Assembly (NCBI GenBank): GCA_963749655.1
Contig: CAVVOB010000012.1
Location: forward strand, 192,001 to 256,000
Reading direction: 5' to 3'
Length of the DNA stretch: 64,000 bases
DNA from: Nitrospirota bacterium
Lineage (GTDB): Bacteria; Nitrospirota; UBA9217
Shown: in pieces, positions 11,290 through 21,902 of the stretch
Layout of the letters: every line of letters begins with the position of its first letter
Position numbering within the stretch: the stretch's first letter is position 1
Position numbers and translations under genes: made by a program
The notes under the pieces: generated by a model
What the model was told of the DNA's origin: nothing
The model's database searches: none
The model's input: the letters and a program-made list of their open reading frames with translations, nothing else

Positions 11290-12249
11290 ATGTTGAAACG
11301 CGGTGAGAAGATATCCGTGATCGTTCCTTGCTACAACGAGGAGTCCGTAATAGTTGAATCGTACCAGCGCATAAATAGTGTTTTGACGAAGAATGATTTC
11401 GATCGCTACGAGATTCTATTTATAGATGACGGCAGTACGGATCGAACACCTGACCTGTTATGGGAATTATCAGGAGACAATAAATCCGTCAAGGTGATCA
11501 GGTTTTCCCGTAATTTCGGCCATCAAGCAGCGGTGACGGCCGGTATTCAATATTCTTCCGGCGACCTGGCTGTTATTCTCGATGCGGATTTACAGGACCC
11601 GCCGGAACTCATCCCTGACATGGTACGCATGGCAGTGAGTGAGAAAGCAAATGTTGTTTACGGCGTTCGCAAAGAACGGGACGGCGAGGGCTTTCTTAAG
11701 TTACTTACCGCTAAACTGTATTATCGTATTATGAATCATCTTTCCGAGGTGCCGCTTCCCCTGGATACCGGTGATTTCAGGCTGATCGACAAAAAAGTCA
11801 TTAAGGAATTCAAAAAACTGAAGGAGAAACGCAAGTATGTCCGTGGCTTGATCAGCTGGATCGGTTTCCGGCAGATACCCCTGTATTATTCACGCGCCCC
11901 GCGCTTCGCCGGCAAAACAAAGTATTCCGCAAAAAAAATGATAGGCTTCGCAGCCACCGGCCTTCTTTACTTCACAAAAAAACCGCTCAGACTCGCCCTG
12001 TCCCTCGGTTTTTTCAGCGTCTTAGTGGGAGTTTTACTGACTATCTATGTTTTCGTGTCCAAGTATTTGAATGCAAACGCAGCGGTACCCGGCTGGGCTT
12101 CGACCTTGATCGTCATAATATTTTTCGGGGGAGTTCAGCTTGTCACGGTCGGGGTTATGGGAGAATACATAGGCGGCATTTTCGATGAGGTAAAGGAAAG
12201 GCCGGAATTTATTATCGATGAAAAGGTTAATTTAGATGAAGAACCGTAG
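11290..12249 (+). CDS. GT2 polyprenyl-phosphate glycosyltransferase (GtrB/ArnC-like)
   Basis: ISVIVPCYNEE, DDGSTD, FSRNFGHQAA, LDADLQDPP, two C-terminal TM helices. Confidence 0.93.
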   Translation: MLKRGEKISVIVPCYNEESVIVESYQRINSVLTKNDFDRYEILFIDDGSTDRTPDLLWELSGDNKSVKVIRFSRNFGHQAAVTAGIQYSSGDLAVILDADLQDPPELIPDMVRMAVSEKANVVYGVRKERDGEGFLKLLTAKLYYRIMNHLSEVPLPLDTGDFRLIDKKVIKEFKKLKEKRKYVRGLISWIGFRQIPLYYSRAPRFAGKTKYSAKKMIGFAATGLLYFTKKPLRLALSLGFFSVLVGVLLTIYVFVSKYLNANAAVPGWASTLIVIIFFGGVQLVTVGVMGEYIGGIFDEVKERPEFIIDEKVNLDEEP

Positions 12250-13714
12250 GTTGAAGAGCATAGTCTTATTCATTGCCAGGCATAAACGTGCATTATTCAT
12301 GGCGCTTTTTATATTCACGTCGCTTCCGCTGGTTCTTCGATTTTTTGAGTTTGAGGGGAAGACCGGCGCATACGATCTGGGAATCCAGGCGGGAACGGCA
12401 AGAAACATTGTTTTTAAGCATTCATTTTTTGATCCTGTAATGAATATGAATCTGCTTGGGGATCATTTTGAGCCGGCTTTGGCACTGCCCGGGTTGCTTT
12501 TTTACCTTTGGGACAGTGCGGCCGTCACCATCCTCTTTCAGAATGTTTGCGTTTTTTTGTCAATCTATCTTGGCTACGTTTTGGCAAAAAAAATCCTGCA
12601 CGGCGAACTTCGAGCGCTTTTCATAACAATCCTCTTTGTCTTCAACAGTCATTTGCGCGATGCCAACTTGTTTCCATTTCATATTGAGATACTGGCAATG
12701 CCGCTTTTTTTTCTTCTCCTCGTGTTTATCGAGCAGGAAAAAAGCACGGTCAACAAACTGTATATTCTCATCATCTCGCTGCTGATGTGCACCATCAAGG
12801 AGGACGTGCCGTTAACGCTTGCCGTTTTCGGGCTTTGGGTCCTGCTGTTTAAAAAAGAGAAGAGGCCGGAGGGTGCCATGATGCTGTTCGTCGGCATGTC
12901 GGCATTCTTGATTATTTCCGCGGTTCTCATGCCCTATTTCTCAGGAGGCGGCTACACCCATCTCGGCAGATACGATAATTTAGGCGCTTCTCGCGGAGAA
13001 ATAATCCGGACAATTCTGTTCAGGCCCGACAAAGTGTTGTTGAATCTTGTCTCCCCGCCTGAAAAGGTGCTGTTTTTTTCCCGACTCTTTAAGCAGTTCG
13101 CTTTTTTGCCGTTTCTGGCGCCTACCTATATTTTTGCCGGATTTTCTCCGCTCTTCTATAATATGGTTTCAAACTGTGAACTGCAATATCAATTTGGTTT
13201 TCAATACTCGATCACGCTTTTGCCTTTTCTATTTTACTCTTCACTATACGGATTGAAAAATCTGCGGCGAGTCAGTGCCAGATTCGGCAGTCACGCCGCA
13301 ATGAAAATGATGAACAGGGTTTTCGCGCTGTTCTGCATCCTGCTGGTGATCACCCTGGGGTATCGCTATTTCGGCAAATACACGGATCCGTTCAGAGACA
13401 AAAATATTCAAAAATTATCCTACAATTCCATTCTTGAAAAGACGATTAAACCCAAAATACCTCTTTCGAGCAAAATATACGCTGTCAGCCACATTCAGCC
13501 CCATTTTATCGAATATAACTACGCAGGGATGTTTTCGCCTGATCTCGACTTCCGTCAACAACCGGACAATACCTTTGTGATATTGACCAAAGACGAACCT
13601 TGGTTCCCCTCGCTAGAACAAGCGGGAAAATATAATCAAGCCATAATCGATTTGAAAAAAAATCTGTCTCCCGTATATGAAGACGGATACTTTATCGTGG
13701 TAAAAAAGCCGTGA
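12236..13714 (+). CDS. DUF2079-like multi-pass membrane protein (putative GT-C)
   Basis: YDLGI, LGDHFEP, FPFH, KED motifs; multiple TM segments; overlaps the GT2 stop. Confidence 0.75.
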   Translation: MKNRRLKSIVLFIARHKRALFMALFIFTSLPLVLRFFEFEGKTGAYDLGIQAGTARNIVFKHSFFDPVMNMNLLGDHFEPALALPGLLFYLWDSAAVTILFQNVCVFLSIYLGYVLAKKILHGELRALFITILFVFNSHLRDANLFPFHIEILAMPLFFLLLVFIEQEKSTVNKLYILIISLLMCTIKEDVPLTLAVFGLWVLLFKKEKRPEGAMMLFVGMSAFLIISAVLMPYFSGGGYTHLGRYDNLGASRGEIIRTILFRPDKVLLNLVSPPEKVLFFSRLFKQFAFLPFLAPTYIFAGFSPLFYNMVSNCELQYQFGFQYSITLLPFLFYSSLYGLKNLRRVSARFGSHAAMKMMNRVFALFCILLVITLGYRYFGKYTDPFRDKNIQKLSYNSILEKTIKPKIPLSSKIYAVSHIQPHFIEYNYAGMFSPDLDFRQQPDNTFVILTKDEPWFPSLEQAGKYNQAIIDLKKNLSPVYEDGYFIVVKKP

Positions 13715-13793
13715 CTCCCTTCGCCGTGGACCGATCTGACGGGAATGCTCTTTTTTCTGGATGTTTCCCCGTCAATTTGTTACTCTACCGTCC

Positions 13794-15062
13794 ATGGCAA
13801 ACCAACCTGTCTCCCGCAACCCCTGGTCTTTTCTTCCCACGCTCTATTTCGCCGAGGGTCTCCCCTACGTCCTGATCAACACCGTTTCGGTGATCCTGTA
13901 CAAGCGAATGGGCATCGACAACGCCCACATCGCTTTCTGGACGAGCTGGCTCTATCTGCCCTGGGTCATCAAGATGTTCTGGGGCCCTTTCGTGGACGTG
14001 TACTCGACCAAGCGGAAATGGATCCTCGCCACCCAGGCAACGATGAGCTTCTGCATGTTCCTCGTCGCATTCTCGCTCAGGACGGACTCGTTCTTCGCCC
14101 TGTCGCTTGCGGCCTTTTTCGCGGGAGCCTTCGTCTCCGCGACCTATGACATCGCCACGGACGGCTTCTACATGCTGGCGCTCACGGAAAAGGACCAGGC
14201 GCTTTTCGTGGGGCTTCGCGCAGGCTTCTACCGGCTGGCGATGATCTTCGGGTCGGGCGCCCTGGTCTATCTTGCCGGCATGCTCGAGACATCGAGCGGG
14301 GACATCGCCTGGAGCTGGTCGACGGCAATGATCGTCTCAGGCCTCATCTTCGCGAGCGCGTGGCTGTACCATAAATTTATGCTTCCGTTCCCGCCAGCGG
14401 ACCGGGGAAACCCGGCACGGGAACGAACAGCAGGAGCTTCCTTCGGCGAGGTCATCAATGCCTATTTCAGGCAGGACAAGATCGGCGTGACGCTCGCCTT
14501 CATTCTCCTCTACCGCCTGGGCGAGGCCATGCTGCTCAAGCTGGTTACCCCCTTTCTTCTCGACAAGGCCGAAGCGGGCGGGCTGGGGCTGTCAACACAG
14601 GATGTGGGGATCGTTTACGGAACAATCGGTGTGATCTGTCTGGTGGCGGGGGGGATCCTGGGCGGATGGCTCATCTCGCGGTTCGGATTCAGGCGCTGCG
14701 TCTGGCCCATGGTGATCGCCATGCACCTGCCCGACCTGTTTTTCGTGTATATGGCTTATGCGCAGCCGGGCATCGGCTTTGTGTACCCGCTCGTCGCCCT
14801 TGAGCAGTTCGGCTACGGGCTGGGCTTTACCGTGTTCACGGTCTACCTCATGTACTCCGTGGACAGCCGGTACAAGACGTCGCACTACGCCATTTCAACG
14901 GGCATCATGGCCCTCGGCATGATGCTTCCGGGTTTTGCCAGCGGATGGATCCAGCAGCAGGCGGGCTACAGGATGTTCTTCATCATCGTGTGCCTGATGA
15001 CCATCCCGGGAATGCTGACTATTCCTTTTCTCGCAAAGGAGCGGATGGACCGGCAGGGGTGA
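13794..15062 (+). CDS. AmpG-like MFS permease
   Basis: LYFAEGLPY, LPWVIK.FW.PFVD, SATYDIATDGFY. Confidence 0.85.
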   Translation: MANQPVSRNPWSFLPTLYFAEGLPYVLINTVSVILYKRMGIDNAHIAFWTSWLYLPWVIKMFWGPFVDVYSTKRKWILATQATMSFCMFLVAFSLRTDSFFALSLAAFFAGAFVSATYDIATDGFYMLALTEKDQALFVGLRAGFYRLAMIFGSGALVYLAGMLETSSGDIAWSWSTAMIVSGLIFASAWLYHKFMLPFPPADRGNPARERTAGASFGEVINAYFRQDKIGVTLAFILLYRLGEAMLLKLVTPFLLDKAEAGGLGLSTQDVGIVYGTIGVICLVAGGILGGWLISRFGFRRCVWPMVIAMHLPDLFFVYMAYAQPGIGFVYPLVALEQFGYGLGFTVFTVYLMYSVDSRYKTSHYAISTGIMALGMMLPGFASGWIQQQAGYRMFFIIVCLMTIPGMLTIPFLAKERMDRQG

Positions 15063-15125
15063 AGCAGCCGCGGCCATTGGATGCTCCGCGGCGTTCCCGA
15101 CAATCTGCGGTTTTGCCGGGCGGAT

Positions 15126-15371
15126 CTAGTCCTTCCACCCTCCGGCCAGAACATATCCGATTATCACGCCGATGATCGGGCCGATGGTCTCGCGGCCGAG
15201 AACGCCGATCGCGCCGAGCGCCAGCATGAGAGGCAGGACGAGTACGATCGAAACCAGCTGCAGCGTCTTGCCCCCGATCGTTGCGTTCTGCTTGACGATG
15301 AGCGAGTAAACGCCCCACAAACCTGCCCCCATGACGATCATCGCGACCACTGCGATCACTGTATTCCACAC
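15126..15371 (-). CDS. Small membrane protein (about 3 TM)
   Basis: Hydrophobic 81-aa ORF with upstream GGAGG. Confidence 0.6.
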   Translation of the reverse strand: MWNTVIAVVAMIVMGAGLWGVYSLIVKQNATIGGKTLQLVSIVLVLPLMLALGAIGVLGRETIGPIIGVIIGYVLAGGWKD

Positions 15372-15582
15372 ATTATTAATCCAGACGACCTCCCGGTAAA
15401 ATAATGGCTTTGCCGCAGACTGCGGCCAATGAACGAGGCACCATTATAAGGGAACCGGCAGTGCGTTGTCAAAGAGTAAAAACAACTGCGGTCCTGGACA
15501 ACAAGGGATGGCAATGTTCCGGGAAAGCAGGTACAATTGAAGCATCGACGGCTTTTATCGGGGCGTCAACAGGGAGGCGACT

Positions 15583-16512
15583 ATCGAAAAGGTTCTCTAT
15601 GAATTCGGTCTCATCATCGCGGCGGGATACGGCTGGCGGTGGTTCAATCCCGGCGGGCTCGACCGGCACCGCGCGCGCCATGCGCTGAGCGTGACGGTAC
15701 TGCACGTTTTTCTTCCGGCGCTGGCTTTCGGGCTTGTTGCATCGACGAAGGTAGACCGGAGCTTCGTCGCTGTTCCGCTCACGGCCGCTGCTGTTGTTCT
15801 TGTTTCGCTCGCAGCCGGTTTTGTTGCATACAAACTGCTTCCCTGGTTCCGGGACATCCCGCCACGCGCCTTCGGCGTCATGATGCTGTCCGCCGCCTTC
15901 GGCAACGTCACCTATCTCGGGCTGCCGGTCATTACGGAAATGCTCGGCCCCGGCTACGGCTATGTCGCGGTCCTGTACGATCTGCTGGCCTCGACGCCGA
16001 TTCTGCTCACGGTCGGGGTGTTCATCGCGGCGCGCTACGGCAGCGGCAGGGCGCTGTCCGTCGCCGCATCGTTGAAGCGGGTCGTGCTTCTTCCGCCGCT
16101 CTGGGGCGTGGTCGCGGGCATTGCGGTCCGGCTGGCCCACCTCCCGGTGCCTCAGCTGGTGCTGGATACAGCGACGCTCATGGGCAAGGCGGTGATTCCA
16201 ATCATGATCTTCACGGTCGGCCTCGCCCTCGATTTCCGGGACGTCAAGCGGCTGCCCATTGCGATCCCCGCGCTTGCGATCAAGCTGCTGGCCGCGCCGG
16301 TCCTGGCATGGTGGGCCGGATCGCGGCTCGGACTGGCCGGTCCGGTGCTCGAAGCATCGGTCGTCGAAGGCGCCATGCCGGTCATGGTGCTGTCGCTTGT
16401 GATCGCCGACGAGTTCGAGCTTGATGTGCCCCTGGCCGCGGCGTGCATCGCGGCATCGACCGTTCTCTTGTTCTTTACCATGCCGCTCATGATGAAGGCG
16501 GTGCAGGTATGA
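15583..16512 (+). CDS. AEC (auxin efflux carrier / membrane transport) family transporter
   Basis: FLPAL.F, GNVTYLGLP, EGAMP; the frame stays open back to an ATC behind AGGGAGG. Confidence 0.85.
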   Translation: MEKVLYEFGLIIAAGYGWRWFNPGGLDRHRARHALSVTVLHVFLPALAFGLVASTKVDRSFVAVPLTAAAVVLVSLAAGFVAYKLLPWFRDIPPRAFGVMMLSAAFGNVTYLGLPVITEMLGPGYGYVAVLYDLLASTPILLTVGVFIAARYGSGRALSVAASLKRVVLLPPLWGVVAGIAVRLAHLPVPQLVLDTATLMGKAVIPIMIFTVGLALDFRDVKRLPIAIPALAIKLLAAPVLAWWAGSRLGLAGPVLEASVVEGAMPVMVLSLVIADEFELDVPLAAACIAASTVLLFFTMPLMMKAVQV

Positions 16513-17895
16513 AAACAACAAAGGAGTACGACGTCATCATCATCGGGTCCGGGCCCGGCGGGCATTTTCGCCGCCCTCGAACTCGTCCGGAAGCCCGGGC
16601 TCAGGATCCTCATGGTCGAGAAGGGCAGCGACATCAACGAGCGCTCGTGCCCCATGGTCGAGTCCGACATCGCCTGTGTTCAGTGCAGCCTCTGCAGCAT
16701 CCTCTGCGGATGGGGAGGAGCGGGGGCGTACAGCGACGGCAAGCTGACCCTCACGCCCGACTTCGGCGGCTGGCTCAAAGACTATATTTCCCAGGACGAC
16801 CTCCTGTCGTTCATCGATTACGCTGATTCCGTGTACCAGTCCTTCGGCGCCGGCGGCGAAGTCCACGGCGGCGACACCGAAGCGGTGTCTCGTCTCAGGA
16901 AAAAGGCCGCAGGCTACAACCTGGAGCTCATCCCCGCGCGGATCAGGCATATCGGCACGGACCTCTGCCGCGAGGTATTGAGAAAGATCAGGGAGCATTT
17001 GAACGGAAAGGTGGACATCCTGTTCGACGTGCCGGTGGAGCAGATCAGGACGAGGGACGGCCAGGTGTCGGGAATCGTAACGACGAAGGGGGACGCCTAC
17101 GACGCCCGTTTTGTCGTCGCGGCAGCAGGCAGGGAAGGCTCGTCCTGGCTTTCGGGAGAGGCGAAACGGCTGGGGCTTCCGGTCCAGAAGAACCCGGTCG
17201 ACATCGGCGTGCGCGTCGAGCTTCCGGCGCACATCATGAAGGACATCACCGACATCGCCTACGAGGGCAAGTTCATCTACTTCTCCCGCCGGTTTCGCGA
17301 CCGCGTGCGGACGTTCTGCATGAACCCTTACGGTGAGGTGGTGAAGGAGTACAGCGAGGGCATCTGCAGCGCGAACGGCCACAGCTACAAGAACCGCAAG
17401 ACCGGCAACACGAATTTCGCCCTGCTCGTGAGCACCGACTTTACCCGGCCCTTCAACGATCCCATCGCCTACGGCAGGTATATTGCCGGGCTCGCGAACC
17501 TGCTGGGAGGCGGGGTGATCGTTCAGCGGCTCGGCGACCTCAAGATGGGAAGGCGTTCCACGGCCGAGCGCATCGCCGAAGGATCGGTCCGGCCGACGCT
17601 CGATGACGCGGCGCCGGGCGACCTCAGCTTCGTATTGCCCTACCGCCACCTGCACAATATCACCGAAATGCTCGAGGCGCTCGACAACGTGGCGCCGGGA
17701 GTGAACTCCGGTGACACGCTGCTCTACGGCGTGGAAGTGAAGTTCTACTCCATGAAGCTCAAGCTTTCCTCGTGCCTCGAAACGGAAGTGAGGAATCTCT
17801 TTGCCGCGGGCGACGGCGCGGGGGTGACCCGCGGCCTGATCCAGGCGTCCATCTCCGGGATCGTTGCGGCGCGGGAAGTGCTGAAAAGGGTGTGA
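16509..17895 (+). CDS. FAD-dependent oxidoreductase/dehydrogenase (COG2509-like; frameshift near 16560)
   Basis: YDVIIIGSGPGG, GWGGAGAYSDGK, RHIGTD, RTFCMNP, GDGAGVTRG; ATGA overlap with the AEC gene. Confidence 0.85.
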
Positions 17896-17949
17896 CAGGC
17901 AAGCCGGAAGCAAAACATTTGTCACCATGAAGGCCACGAAGAACAGGCG

Positions 17950-18013
17950 CCGGTTCAATCTTGCAGATTGAACCGGAATTTTAACGCATGGTTCAGGCTT
18001 CAAGCCTGAACCA
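17950..18013. repeat. Pair of GGTTCA...TGAACC hairpins (REP-like)
   Basis: ccggttcaatc-ttgca-gattgaaccgg and tggttcaggcttcaagcctgaacca; a related hairpin lies at about 55397-55421. Confidence 0.7.
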
Positions 18014-18280
18014 GTTCCTTTTGTGTACGGCCGTATCTTCATCGTGAATATTCTTCCCATAATGGGCGGAACGTTACTTTTTCGTAAAGTCATCACGTTT
18101 CTCCTCAAGTCTCCGAATTTACCCCGTCGTCCTGTAATGTGTGGCAACCGGTTACGCTCCTCCTCATTTTTCCCTTCCCATCTATTGGCTTGATTTTTCA
18201 GGTATATGGTGTTATTTTATGCCATTCATGACCGGCTGTGTGCAGAAAGGTTACATGCAGGGCACAAGAAAGGACAAGTC

Positions 18281-18456
18281 ATGAGAAGAGACATCTGGAT
18301 TTTCCTGTTTTTCGTCGGCATCCTGTTCTTCGGCTGGCCGATCCTCAGCATCTTCAACAACGGCCTGGCTTCTATCTTTTCATTGTCTGGCTGCTCTTCA
18401 TCGTGTTCATCTTCATTGCCGTAACATTCCCGCGAAGAGAGGACAATAACGGATAA
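18281..18456 (+). CDS. Small two-TM protein abutting the kinase gene (CbrX-like position; frameshift near 18370)
   Basis: MRRDIWIFLFFVGILFFGWP...YLFIVWLLFIVFIFI; the stop is immediately followed by the kinase GTG. Confidence 0.65.
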
Positions 18457-21416
18457 GTGTTTTCTCCCTGGGTCCTGCTTGCTGTAATACTTTCCTATCT
18501 CCTGCTCCTCTTTTCGGTCGCCTATTTCGCCGAACGCAAGGAGGCGCAGGGCAGGAGCCTCGTCTCCAATCCCTACATCTATTCGCTCTCCCTTGCCGTA
18601 TACTGCACCTCCTGGACGTTCTACGGCAGCGTGGGCAAGGCCGCCAATTCGGGCCTGAGCTTTCTCACGATCTATATCGGACCGACGCTCATGGCGGCGC
18701 TCTGGTGGGTCGTCCTGCGCAAGATCGTCCTATCGCGAAGGAGAACCGGATCACCACGATCTCGGACTTCATCTCGTCGCGCTACGGAAAGTCCCTCGGC
18801 CTGTCGGTCCTGGTCACGATCGTGGCGGTCGTCGGCATCACGCCCTATCTCGGGCTCCAGCTCAAGGCCATCATGACCGCCTTTGCCCTGCTCTCGGGGA
18901 GGTCCCAGGGCAGCCACCTGGCAGGCTGGTTCACGGGCTGGTTCATCTCGCTGCTGCTCGGGCATCTTCGCCGTCATCTTCGGAGCGCGAAGGCTCGATG
19001 CGTCGGAGCGCCACGGCGGCCTGGTCTTTGCCGTGGCCTTCGAGTCGGCGATCAAGCTGGTCGCGTTTCTGCTCGTCGGGGTCTTCGTGACCTACGGGCT
19101 CTTCAACGGGTTCGGCGACATCTTCGGAGGATCGCCGCGGGGCCCTACGCCCCGCTCATGAAGATCGGCGACGGGTCTCCGGTCAGCTTTCTGGAATGGA
19201 CCTCGCTCACCTTTCTGTCCATGATGGCCATCCTGTTCCTGCCCCGCCAGTTCCATGTGGCGGTCGTGGAAAACTATTCGGTGGACCACATCAAGAAGGC
19301 CATGTGGCTGTTTCCGCTGTATCTGTTCCTGATCAACATCTTCGTGCTTCCCATCGCCTACGGCGGGCTGCTGCTGGGCGACATCCCGTCCACGGCCGAC
19401 TATTTCGTGCTGACCATCCCCATGCACCACGGCCACCCGCTCCTGGCGCTCATCGTGTTCATCGGCGGGTTCTCGGCGGCAACGGCCATGATCATCGTGG
19501 AATCGGTCGCGCTTAGCACCATGGTGATGAACAGCTTCGTCATGCCGACGTTCTGGGACCTTCCGCCGTTCAAGAATTTTCATGCCGTGATGCTGAACAT
19601 CAAGCGGATGGTCATCCTGGGGTGCGTGTTCCTGGGCTATATTTTCGCCGTGTACATCGGCGATTATTACAGCCTCGTGGACATCGGGCTCAAGTCCTTC
19701 GAAGCGGTCACGATCTTCGCGCCGTCCATCCTGCTCGGCCTCTACTGGAAGGGCGGCAACAAGAAGGGGGCCATCGCCGGCATCGTCGCCGGGTTCAGCG
19801 TCTGGATCTATACGCTGCTGATCCCGGCGCTCATGCGCGCCGGCATCATCCAGCAGGGCGATCTCCTGGAGGCGATCGTCAGGTCAACGCTGCTGAATCC
19901 CACGGCGCTCTTCGGACTCGAAGGCCTCGACCGCTGGAGCCATTCCCTGTTCTGGGGGCTGTTGCTGAACCTGCTCTTCTATGTGGGCGTGTCGCTCTTC
20001 ACGAGGCAGTCCGATGCCGAGACGCACCAGGCCATCATTTTCGTCGATTCCTTTTCACCGCTCCAGTTCTCCGCAGACCCAGCGGCCGCTGGACATCGGC
20101 GAGATCGAGACATGCTCGGCCAGTATATCGGGCCCGGCGAAGCGCGCGAGCGTGGACGAGTTTTCTCAGATACAACGGACTGGAGCGCACAGAGCCTGTC
20201 CGGCGAGTGGCTGCTGAAGCTCCGGCAGGAGGCGGAGCGGATCCTTTCGGGCGCGCTGGGGCCGTCGATCAGCACGCTGGTGTTCCAGGACAAGACGGTC
20301 CTGACGCATGAAGAGGCGCTGCGGGTCTCGAAATCGATCCGGCAGATCTCGCGGAGCCTGCAGATTGTCGCGGCAGGAGCTTGCCGAGGCGAACCGGCAG
20401 CTCGCCATGCTCAAGGAGTTCAGCGAGAACATCATCGAAAGCCTTCCCCTCGGCGTGGCGACGCTCGATGAATCGCTGCGCGTCAAGTACTGGAACAGCG
20501 GCATGGAGCTGATCACGGGCGTGGAAAAGTCGGATGCCATGAACCGGGACGCCGCCAGCTGCTCACCTGCCTCGAGCCGCGCCTCTTCAGCCCCACGGTG
20601 CATGAGGGCGAGATCACCTGCCGAAGGAACTTCGATCCCCAGATCATCCTGAAGGGGAACCTGAGCAAGCTCACCGGCGCCCACAAAGGGTATGTGCTCG
20701 TGCTCGAGGACATCACCGAGAAGAAGAAGATCGAGGAGGAGCTGTTCCGGGCGACCAAGCACGCCAGCGTGGGCCGGCTCGCCGCGGGCGTGGCCCACGA
20801 GATCGGCAACCCCCTTGCCTCCATCTCGTCGCTGGTGCAGGAGCTCCAGACCGAGGAGCTGACGTCCTTTGTCCGGGAGTCGCTCACCACGATCAACGAG
20901 CATGTGCACCGCATCGCGCGGATCGTGCGGAACCTCGGCGATTTCGCCCGGCTCTATCCGCGCCAGAAAATGCCGACGAGCCTCCGGGACATCCTGGAGA
21001 ACACGCTGAACCTGGTGCGGTACGACAGGAAGTTCAAAAAGATCGAGATCCGCACGGACGTGCAGGATACGCCGCCGCTCAAGATCGATCCCGGACCAGA
21101 TCCAGCAGGTGTTCCTGAACCTGATCCTGAACGCCCGCGACGCCATGCCCGACGGCGGAAGCCTCGACATCGTCCATCGGGCAGACCGACGGCCAGGTGC
21201 CGGATGGTCTTCGCCGACACCGGGACCGGCATCGAGACGGAGGTGAAGGACAAGGTCTTCGACCCCTTCTTCAGCACCAAGGGGCCGACCAAGGGCACGG
21301 GCCTGGGCCTCTCGATCTGCTACAGCATCATCAAGGACCACGGCGGCACGATCGAGATCGATTCGGAAAAGGACAAGGGGACGAAGTTCATTATCACGAT
21401 TCCGGTGGAAGCGTAG
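18457..21416 (+). CDS. Sodium:solute symporter-STAC-PAS-histidine kinase, CbrA/CrbS-like (several frameshifts)
   Basis: [60 protein letters not shown]...GTGLGL. Confidence 0.88.
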
Positions 21417-21420
21417 ACGC

Positions 21421-21880
21421 TATCCGCAGATTACGCAGATTTCCAGATAGCTGACAAATATGCAGGAGCTGGCAAAAGAAATGGTCGAGGCGACAAAAAA
21501 TGATCCGAGGACTTATGCGGTCATTGGGGCCGCCATGGAAGTCCATCAACAACTAGGATGCGGGTTCCTGGAAGGTGTATATCAAGAGGCGTTTGCACTG
21601 GAGTTGGCGGCAAAAGGCATCCCTTTTCAATCCGAAATGGAATTGCCGATTTCTTATAAGAGTAAGAGGCTTCGTACATCCTATCGTGTCGACTTTATCT
21701 GCTATGATTCTGTCATCGTCGAGCTTAAGGCTTTAGCAAAACTGTCCAAAACGGAAGAGGCTCAAATAATTAATTACTTGAAAGCGACTGGCTTTCCAAT
21801 AGGCCTTCTCATAAATTTTGGTTCCACATCGCTTGAATACCGTCGTTTTGCGTTTTCTCACTCTGCGGAATCTGCGGATA
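21421..21880. mobile_element. Putative GxxExxY element bounded by 20-bp inverted repeats
   Basis: TATCCGCAGATTACGCAGAT (21421-21440) against the reverse complement of 21861-21880, TATCCGCAGATTCCGCAGAG (18/20); lower GC; lies between kinase and regulator. Confidence 0.6.
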
Positions 21881-21894
21881 AATATATACAATAG
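21460..21894 (+). CDS. GxxExxY protein (PD-(D/E)XK nuclease fold)
   Basis: GAAMEVH..LGCGFLEGVYQE, YRVDF, VELKA, AQIINYLKATG, GLLINFG; start may be 21481. Confidence 0.92.
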   Translation: MQELAKEMVEATKNDPRTYAVIGAAMEVHQQLGCGFLEGVYQEAFALELAAKGIPFQSEMELPISYKSKRLRTSYRVDFICYDSVIVELKALAKLSKTEEAQIINYLKATGFPIGLLINFGSTSLEYRRFAFSHSAESADKYIQ

Positions 21895-21902
21895 AGGTTT
21901 CA

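Noticed and set aside
18140-18160. Sigma-54 promoter upstream of the cbr-like operon
   Set aside because: GG-to-GC spacing is 11 rather than 10; the similar site near 55241 has 12.
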